A stretch of 64,000 nt of DNA from an uncultured bacterium (GTDB lineage Bacteria; Patescibacteriota; Minisyncoccia; Phycocordibacterales; GWA1-40-21). The notes below the pieces were generated by a model. The model was not told the DNA's origin, made no database searches, and was given only the letters and a program-made list of their open reading frames with translations. Each line of letters starts with the position of its first letter. Within the stretch, counting starts at the first letter, position 1. The position numbers were made by a program, and so were the translations under genes. The stretch is from contig CAIJNK010000008.1 in assembly GCA_903822075.1 (NCBI GenBank), positions 21,961 through 85,960 of the forward strand, written 5' to 3'. Shown in pieces: positions 57,900 to 64,000 of this stretch.

Positions 57900-59153
57900 A
57901 TGATGTCTAAAAAAACAGCCATAATACTTATCCTTGTTGTCTTCCTTGGCGCTTTGGGCGCTTTGGTTTATTTCTATTTTTCTTTAAATAACCATCCTGC
58001 AGTGACCTCAAAACCCGCAAGCACGACGGTTGATGTCTACGATCAATTTGGCATTAGGCCAGTTGAGGACAATCCCTTTTCCGCCACTAGCTCTCAAGAA
58101 ATAACTATCGAACCCCAAACACAACCGGTATCTCTAGACAAACTTCGCCAAATCACTCAAGATCCCGTCTCCGGTTACTCAGTGATTGAGGATTTAAAAA
58201 ACAAACAGACAGACATCCACTACATCCTGCGCGCCAACGGCAACATTTACGAATCTTACACTGATTCTTTGGAAAGTAAGCGCCTTTCCATCACAACTAT
58301 TCCCAAAGTCTATGAATCAAACTGGTTGCCAGACGGCAAGAGATTGATTATTAGGTATTTACGCGGTAACACGGAAGATATTGATACTTTCTCCGTAAAA
58401 ATTAACCCCGCCACCACTACTTTAAATACTTTCGAGGGTGGGGTAGATGGAAATCATCTGGTTCAAAATATTAACGGGTTAGCTATAAACCCGGCTGGCG
58501 ATAAGATCTTTTACCTTACAAATAATCTAGTAGGCGCAAATGGTTATATCGACAAGCCAGATGGGCTTAGTGGAAAGCTGCTACTCAAAACTCCACTGAC
58601 GGAATGGACTGTTTCTTGGCCAAAAGAGGAAACGATTGCTTTAAATACTGCTCCGGCAGCCAATATTGCCGGTTATCTATATTTCGTAAATAGCAAAACA
58701 GGAGATTTTACTCATATTTTAGGAGGAATAAACGGCTTAACCACGAAAACAAATAAGACCGCCACTGAAGTTCTTTACTCAGACAGTACCGGAGCCGCCC
58801 CTAAACTTTATCTATACGATGTAAAAAGTGGGGGAGTTAAAACTCTTCCTTGGAATACCCTACCAGAAAAATGTCTCTGGAGTGAGGCAGATTCCAAGAT
58901 TGTTTATTGTGCCGTTCCAAAGAGCTTCCCTGAGGGTGATTATCCCGATGCTTGGTACCAAGGTTTGGTTAATTTTACCGATGATATTTGGATGATAAAT
59001 ACCGACACCATGGCCTCCACCTTAGTTATGGATTTAGAAAAAGAAACAAACAATGACTTGGATATTACCGATCTAAAAATGGATAGTAAGGGCAACTTCC
59101 TCTTCTTTGTGAATAAAACAGACCTGACTCTGTGGAGTTTGAATTTAAAATAA
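57900..59153 (+). CDS. membrane-anchored hypothetical protein
   Basis: N-terminal TM helix followed by a beta-rich ectodomain; 417 aa. Confidence 0.45.
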   Translation: MMSKKTAIILILVVFLGALGALVYFYFSLNNHPAVTSKPASTTVDVYDQFGIRPVEDNPFSATSSQEITIEPQTQPVSLDKLRQITQDPVSGYSVIEDLKNKQTDIHYILRANGNIYESYTDSLESKRLSITTIPKVYESNWLPDGKRLIIRYLRGNTEDIDTFSVKINPATTTLNTFEGGVDGNHLVQNINGLAINPAGDKIFYLTNNLVGANGYIDKPDGLSGKLLLKTPLTEWTVSWPKEETIALNTAPAANIAGYLYFVNSKTGDFTHILGGINGLTTKTNKTATEVLYSDSTGAAPKLYLYDVKSGGVKTLPWNTLPEKCLWSEADSKIVYCAVPKSFPEGDYPDAWYQGLVNFTDDIWMINTDTMASTLVMDLEKETNNDLDITDLKMDSKGNFLFFVNKTDLTLWSLNLK

Positions 59154-59157
59154 GAGA

Positions 59158-59622
59158 CTAGATGGCTAGATACTTTACTTTTACTCGTCTTTCTTTGCCA
59201 ATACCAATAGATTCAGTACTGATATCAGGCTGGCCAGCGAGGGTGCTGTGCACGATCATTCTTTCATAAGAAGACATTGGTTCCATAAGAACATCTGTTT
59301 TTAAGTTCTTGGCCTCTTCTGCGGCGTTGAGGGCTTTCATTTTTATTTTGGCATCCACTTTGGATTGTAAATCATTGATATCAATAGTGCATTTAAAAAT
59401 TTCCTCACCAGGGCGGGAATCCTTATTAAACATCCTTTTAAGTAGATAGACGAGGTCGCGCGTCAAATCATCTCTCTCCGCTGATACCTTCTCGAATTCC
59501 ACGCTCTTCACAGCAAAAACATGACCTCTTTTTTCATCCACAGCATAGCTCACAGATTCTGTTGGTATCCCAATGAGGGAAAAAATGTCTTCTATTGTTT
59601 TTTTGGCTTTTTCAGCATCCAT
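59158..59622 (-). CDS. khpB: Jag/KhpB-like RNA-binding protein (KH + R3H)
   Basis: R3H segment YERMIVHSTLA; conserved position next to yidC. Confidence 0.65.
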   Translation of the reverse strand: MDAEKAKKTIEDIFSLIGIPTESVSYAVDEKRGHVFAVKSVEFEKVSAERDDLTRDLVYLLKRMFNKDSRPGEEIFKCTIDINDLQSKVDAKIKMKALNAAEEAKNLKTDVLMEPMSSYERMIVHSTLAGQPDISTESIGIGKERRVKVKYLAI

Positions 59623-59635
59623 ATTGTTATGTTAA

Positions 59636-60382
59636 TTATTTTTTATCTTCCTGTGCTATTTTTTTCCGCATATATATTTCCTGACCAATGGCGAAAATAC
59701 TGGAGGTGATAAGGTAAAGCGAAACGAGGGAAGGGAAACTCCTGGCAATAAAGAACATGAACACGGGCATCACATATTTCATCTGCATACTCATGCTTTT
59801 GGCCAGTTCACCCTGGAATGAAGAGTCTTTCTTGCCATCGGCCGTCTTTGGGGTGGGGGTCATGGCCGGCATTGTATATCTGATTTGTAAGTACTGGCCC
59901 AAAGCCACCACAACCGCCAGTATAGTGTTTTTTTGCGTGATGTCAAAGAGACCAAGGAACCAAGTGTTGATGTGGGCGGGAGCGTGAACAAAAGAGTAAA
60001 GAAGATTGGTATTTACTTGGCCCAAGCTATTCTTATAAAAAACCATATAAAGGGCTATCAGTATGGGGAGTTGGATCAGGGTCAAGAGGATGCCGGAAAA
60101 TGGACTAACACCCTTTTCTTTGTATAAAGCCATGGTTTTTAAGGCTTGTTCCTGTTTATCCTGGTATTTAAGCTTTATAGCATCTATTTCCGGCTGAATC
60201 TTCTTCATCTCAATCTGACTTCTGACGGACTTCTGGGATAATGGAAACAAAATTAGCTTAACGAGCAGAGTAAAAAGAATAACGACGATACCCGCGTCTA
60301 TCCATGGAAAAGTGCCTATAAAGCCGATAAAGACGTTATAAAAGGGCCGATATAAGAGCATATTGAAGATATTACCGATCAT
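59636..60382 (-). CDS. yidC: membrane protein insertase YidC/Oxa1
   Basis: Short YidC type; position within the yidC–rnpA–rpmH block. Confidence 0.8.
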   Translation of the reverse strand: MIGNIFNMLLYRPFYNVFIGFIGTFPWIDAGIVVILFTLLVKLILFPLSQKSVRSQIEMKKIQPEIDAIKLKYQDKQEQALKTMALYKEKGVSPFSGILLTLIQLPILIALYMVFYKNSLGQVNTNLLYSFVHAPAHINTWFLGLFDITQKNTILAVVVALGQYLQIRYTMPAMTPTPKTADGKKDSSFQGELAKSMSMQMKYVMPVFMFFIARSFPSLVSLYLITSSIFAIGQEIYMRKKIAQEDKK

Positions 60383-60413
60383 GGGGAGAGTATACCTTAT
60401 ATGGTCCCCAAAC

Positions 60414-60755
60414 TCAACCCAAGATCTTCGCTTTTTTTAGTAATTCGATAATCTCTTTCTCTGTATCGTCAAAAGGAAAGGCAGACACGTCTTTTTTGGC
60501 GAAAAATATGACCAGAAAGCCCGGTTTTAGAGTTATCAACAGCTTTTCCACCACCGCAGACATTCTTCTTTTGATTAAATGCCGGCCGACAGAGGTCTTT
60601 TTAATCTTATTCGGCACCACAAAGCTAAAAAACGAGGGAAGTTTATCTTTCCTATCCACAAGACGAAGGTAAAAGTTTGGCGAGTGCACAAAAACACCCT
60701 CTTTCATGATTTTACCGAAAGATTCCTTCCTAACCCGACTTTTAGTGGGTAACAT
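60414..60755 (-). CDS. rnpA: RNase P protein component
   Basis: 113-aa basic protein; position between yidC and rpmH. Confidence 0.8.
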   Translation of the reverse strand: MLPTKSRVRKESFGKIMKEGVFVHSPNFYLRLVDRKDKLPSFFSFVVPNKIKKTSVGRHLIKRRMSAVVEKLLITLKPGFLVIFFAKKDVSAFPFDDTEKEIIELLKKAKILG

Positions 60756-60762
60756 AGTGAGT

Positions 60763-60898
60763 TTAGACCGTGCTTAAGCGCTTGCGACCCTTCTGCATCC
60801 TCTTTCGAAGCACTCTCTTACCATAAGAAGTCCGGCTTCGAGATAGGAAACCGTGCTTTTTTGCTCTTTTAACCTTTTTTGGTTTATATGTAAACGAC
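60763..60898 (-). CDS. rpmH: 50S ribosomal protein L34 with apparent +1 frameshift
   Basis: The minus strand reads MSFTYKPKKVKRAKKHGF, then loses frame at a ttcc run, and YRSRTSYGKRVLRKRMQKGRKRLSTV* continues in the +1 frame. Deleting one C restores a 44-aa L34. Confidence 0.6.
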
Positions 60899-61041
60899 AT
60901 GTGAAAGAGTATAGTTTATTTTTTGCCCGCCGTCAAATCCAAACCAAGAAAAGTTTCCCCAGGTTATAAACAACTTATGAACATATAAACGTGTTTCCCA
61001 CAACTTTAACATTTTAGAATTCAGTATATAATCTATGGAGC

Positions 61042-62385
61042 ATGACGGAAGAAAATAAAAAACTCTGGCAAAGCGTCCTATCAGAAATAGAACTGTCTAT
61101 TTCTAAGGCCAACTTTAATATGTGGTTTAAAGACACCTTTATTAACAAGCAGGAAGAGGGAACAATTTTTGTCGGTGTACCAAATGTCTTCGTTAAAGAT
61201 TGGTTGATAAATAAATACCATAAAAACATCCTGAAGAGTCTCCGTTCTTTCGGTGAGCACATCCACGCAGTTGAGTACTTAGTAATAAAACCCGAGGGGA
61301 AAAGGGAGTTGCCTAAAGAAAATACCAACGAAAGCCATAGTGAGCTGCCCCTGCAGGATTTCTATATTAATAAAGAAGATAACCTGAACTCTAAATATAC
61401 TTTTGACAATTTTGTCGTAGGCCCATTTAATGAGCTTGCTTACGCGGCTGCCCAAGCAATTATAAAAAGGACGGCCATTTATAATCCGCTCTTTATCTAC
61501 GGTGGTACCGGGCACGGTAAGACCCACCTGGTTCAAGCGGTAGGCAATCATGTTAAAAATAGCGGGCAAGGTAAGAAAATATATTATCTGACCTCGGAAA
61601 AATTTACCCTGGACCTTATGAACTCCATCCAAGGGGGGACAGCTAACCAATTTAAAGAAAAATACCGCCGCTACGATCTTTTGATTGTTGACGACATCCA
61701 ATTTTTTGCTGGAAAACAAAAAACCGAAGAAGAGTTCTTCCATCTTTTCAACAGCTTCTATGACAATAACAAACAAATCATTTTCTCTTCAGATAAACAC
61801 CCAAACTTTATTGTTGGACTGGAAGACCGTTTAAAATCAAGACTTAACTCCGGGATGATTGTGGAGATACCAAAGCCAGACCTAGAGTCTCGTATCCAGA
61901 TCTTTAAAACTAAGTCTCGAATGTTAGGTTTCTCATTGTCAGCGGAAATTATTGAATATCTGGCCTCCTCAGTGGAAGGGAACATCCGTGAACTCGAGGG
62001 GGTTCTAAACTCCATAATCTGCCAAAGTAAACTGAAGGGGAGAGACCTAACCATCACGGAAATAAAGGATCTGATCAAAAACAACCTAAAACCAAAGAAA
62101 AATTCTTCCATCAAGGAGGTAATCAAGACAATCGCGGAGTTTTATGGTATTACGGAAGAGGAAATTTATGAAAAAACCAGGAAAAAGACCGTGGTGAAGC
62201 CAAGGCAGGTAGTTATGTATATTCTCCGAGAAGACTTTGATGTTTCTTACCCCACCATTGGAGAAAAACTGGGGGGAAAGGACCACACTACAGTTATGCA
62301 CTCTTGCGAAAAAATAAAAGAAGATATCAAAACCGACTCGTCATTGATCCGAGAGCTTAGTCAGATCCGCTCAATGCTCACCTAA
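61042..62385 (+). CDS. dnaA: chromosomal replication initiator DnaA
   Basis: AAA+ Walker A GGTGHGKTHL and C-terminal DNA-binding domain; 447 aa. Confidence 0.9.
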   Translation: MTEENKKLWQSVLSEIELSISKANFNMWFKDTFINKQEEGTIFVGVPNVFVKDWLINKYHKNILKSLRSFGEHIHAVEYLVIKPEGKRELPKENTNESHSELPLQDFYINKEDNLNSKYTFDNFVVGPFNELAYAAAQAIIKRTAIYNPLFIYGGTGHGKTHLVQAVGNHVKNSGQGKKIYYLTSEKFTLDLMNSIQGGTANQFKEKYRRYDLLIVDDIQFFAGKQKTEEEFFHLFNSFYDNNKQIIFSSDKHPNFIVGLEDRLKSRLNSGMIVEIPKPDLESRIQIFKTKSRMLGFSLSAEIIEYLASSVEGNIRELEGVLNSIICQSKLKGRDLTITEIKDLIKNNLKPKKNSSIKEVIKTIAEFYGITEEEIYEKTRKKTVVKPRQVVMYILREDFDVSYPTIGEKLGGKDHTTVMHSCEKIKEDIKTDSSLIRELSQIRSMLT

Positions 62386-62547
62386 AGAGGAAAACATGTG
62401 GAAAAGTTATGGATTAAATGTTAAGAATTCACTTCCAAAAAAGAATAACTTTATAAAGAGTAAGGAAAAATAAAAATTAATAAAAAGTTACCAACAAGTT
62501 TAATAATTAAAATAAGAAAAAACGAACCAATATATAGGTAAAAAAGT

Positions 62548-62564
62548 TTATCCACATATCCACA
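62548..62564 (+). promoter_or_regulatory. tandem DnaA boxes in dnaA–dnaN intergenic region (putative oriC)
   Basis: Perfect TTATCCACA at 62548-62556, immediately followed by ATATCCACA; AT-rich surroundings. Confidence 0.5.
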
Positions 62565-62607
62565 CTTGTAATAGTAATAGTCTTTATAAAAATTAGAAAA
62601 TAAAAAA

Positions 62608-63708
62608 ATGAAAGCAGAGTGCCTGAAAGAAAAATTTTGTTTGGCAGTTTCCAAAGCCGAAAAAATAACCGGTAAAACCATGACCCTACCTATCCTTTCT
62701 TGTATTCTGATAGAAGCTAAGGGTAGCCACTTAATATTAAAAGCGACTAATTTAGATCTGGGTATAGAAATAAAAATTCCCGCCAAGATTATTAAAGAAG
62801 GGGTGGTAGCGGTGCCGGGAGCTATTTTAAATAGTTTCCTTACTAATCTTACCAATGATAAAAATCTGAATCTGGAAGAAAAGGACGGCAACCTATATGT
62901 CTTGGGTACCAACAGCCAGACCATAATTAAAAGTCACCAAAGTGAGGATTTTCCATCCATACCCAAGGTAGTGGACGGCCGAATCTATGAAATGAACTCC
63001 ATTGATTTGGTAAAAGGTTTAAAATCTGTCTGGTACAGCGCTTCTTTGTCAAACATCAAACCGGAGTTATCCAGTGTTTATATTCATACTAAGGATGAAG
63101 GTTTGGTCTTCGTGGCCACTGACTCCTTCCGTTTGGCGGAAAAAACCGTTAAGTTTAAGAGAAACGATGATTTTGAGCAGATTCTTATCCCCTTTAAGAA
63201 CGTGGCAGACTTACTAAAGATCATTAGTGATGAAAAGGATAACTTAGCCATTAATTCCACTAAGAACCAAATTTCTTTCGAGTACCAAGATATTTACATT
63301 GTTTCCCGGGTAATTGACGGTATTTTTCCAGATTATCAGCAGATTATTGCCAAAGATTTTAAAACTGAAGTGATAGTCTTGAAGCAAGATTTTGTAAACG
63401 TTTTGAAGCTATCGAACGTTTTCTCCGATAGTTTCAATCAGATAAATATAAAAGTGTCTCCCAAAGATAAGATCCTCCAAATAAAATCTAAGAATTCCAA
63501 TGTGGGAGAAAATGCCAACCGCTTACCAGCGACCGTGTCGGGGGAGGAGATAGAGATTAATTTCAACCACAAGTATATTATCGATTGTTTCCAGTCTATT
63601 GATTCTGACAGCGTCTCCCTTTCTTTTAACGGTCTAAATAAGCCTATGGTCATCCGTGGCGTGTCAGATAAGAGTTTTACCTATCTCGTAATGCCAATGA
63701 ACAAGTAG
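62608..63708 (+). CDS. dnaN: DNA polymerase III beta sliding clamp
   Basis: 366 aa with three-domain clamp architecture; directly downstream of dnaA. Confidence 0.9.
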   Translation: MKAECLKEKFCLAVSKAEKITGKTMTLPILSCILIEAKGSHLILKATNLDLGIEIKIPAKIIKEGVVAVPGAILNSFLTNLTNDKNLNLEEKDGNLYVLGTNSQTIIKSHQSEDFPSIPKVVDGRIYEMNSIDLVKGLKSVWYSASLSNIKPELSSVYIHTKDEGLVFVATDSFRLAEKTVKFKRNDDFEQILIPFKNVADLLKIISDEKDNLAINSTKNQISFEYQDIYIVSRVIDGIFPDYQQIIAKDFKTEVIVLKQDFVNVLKLSNVFSDSFNQINIKVSPKDKILQIKSKNSNVGENANRLPATVSGEEIEINFNHKYIIDCFQSIDSDSVSLSFNGLNKPMVIRGVSDKSFTYLVMPMNK

Positions 63709-63714
63709 TTATAT

Positions 63715-63969
63715 ATGTTTAATATCGCCGCTTATTTAGATAAGTTTAAAAACCTCGGTTTGGGCGAGAGACTTTTGAAGGAAGCCATCCGAACCTCCGT
63801 CAAAGAAATATTAAGCTTTGATTTGGATACCAAAAATATTCTCCTGAAGAACGGCGAGGTAACCTTCAAAGTTTCTCCCTCCATAAAAAATGCCATCTTT
63901 ATAAAGAAGAACGCTATTTTAAAACGACTGGCGGAGAATGGGGTCGAGAATATAGAAGATATCCATTAA
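63715..63969 (+). CDS. hypothetical small protein downstream of dnaN
   Basis: 84-aa ORF followed by the hairpin cctcttctaa…agaagagg. Confidence 0.35.
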   Translation: MFNIAAYLDKFKNLGLGERLLKEAIRTSVKEILSFDLDTKNILLKNGEVTFKVSPSIKNAIFIKKNAILKRLAENGVENIEDIH

Positions 63970-64000
63970 CCTCTTCTAACTTAGAAGAGGGTTAGCTTAT

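Overview
This looks like a small AT-rich, gene-dense genome of the Patescibacteria/CPR type, taken near the replication origin. The block rnpA–rpmH–dnaA–(DnaA boxes)–dnaN sits at 60.4–63.7 kb. Housekeeping genes (coaD/coaE, hup, cca, xth, xerD-like, rpsO, pnp, maf, comM, pcrA/uvrD, ksgA, yidC, khpB) are interspersed with four tRNAs, four paralogous TrmB-like HTH regulators, and a type-IV-secretion-like membrane cluster at 47.9–59.2 kb. That cluster includes a split VirB4 ATPase, a TrbL/VirB6-like protein and a pilin-like protein.

The most unusual content is two GC-richer islands, about 11.1–14.06 kb and 27.5–33.5 kb, each next to a TrmB-like regulator. In both, almost every cistron is separated from the previous one by the same module: an 8-bp-stem hairpin followed by a type-III (open stem III) hammerhead-ribozyme motif on the + strand. 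Eight copies are canonical, one has a U·U pair at 10.1/11.1, and one is decayed. All copies share the CUGAUGA…GAAAC core, and their stems I and III covary between copies. Three leaders downstream of ribozymes also carry near-perfect 17-bp-stem hairpins.

The second island encodes a HIT-like protein, a protein with an unknown N-terminal domain plus a C-terminal receiver domain, a MurG-like glycosyltransferase, a lipoprotein and several unknown proteins. rpmH shows an apparent +1 frameshift.
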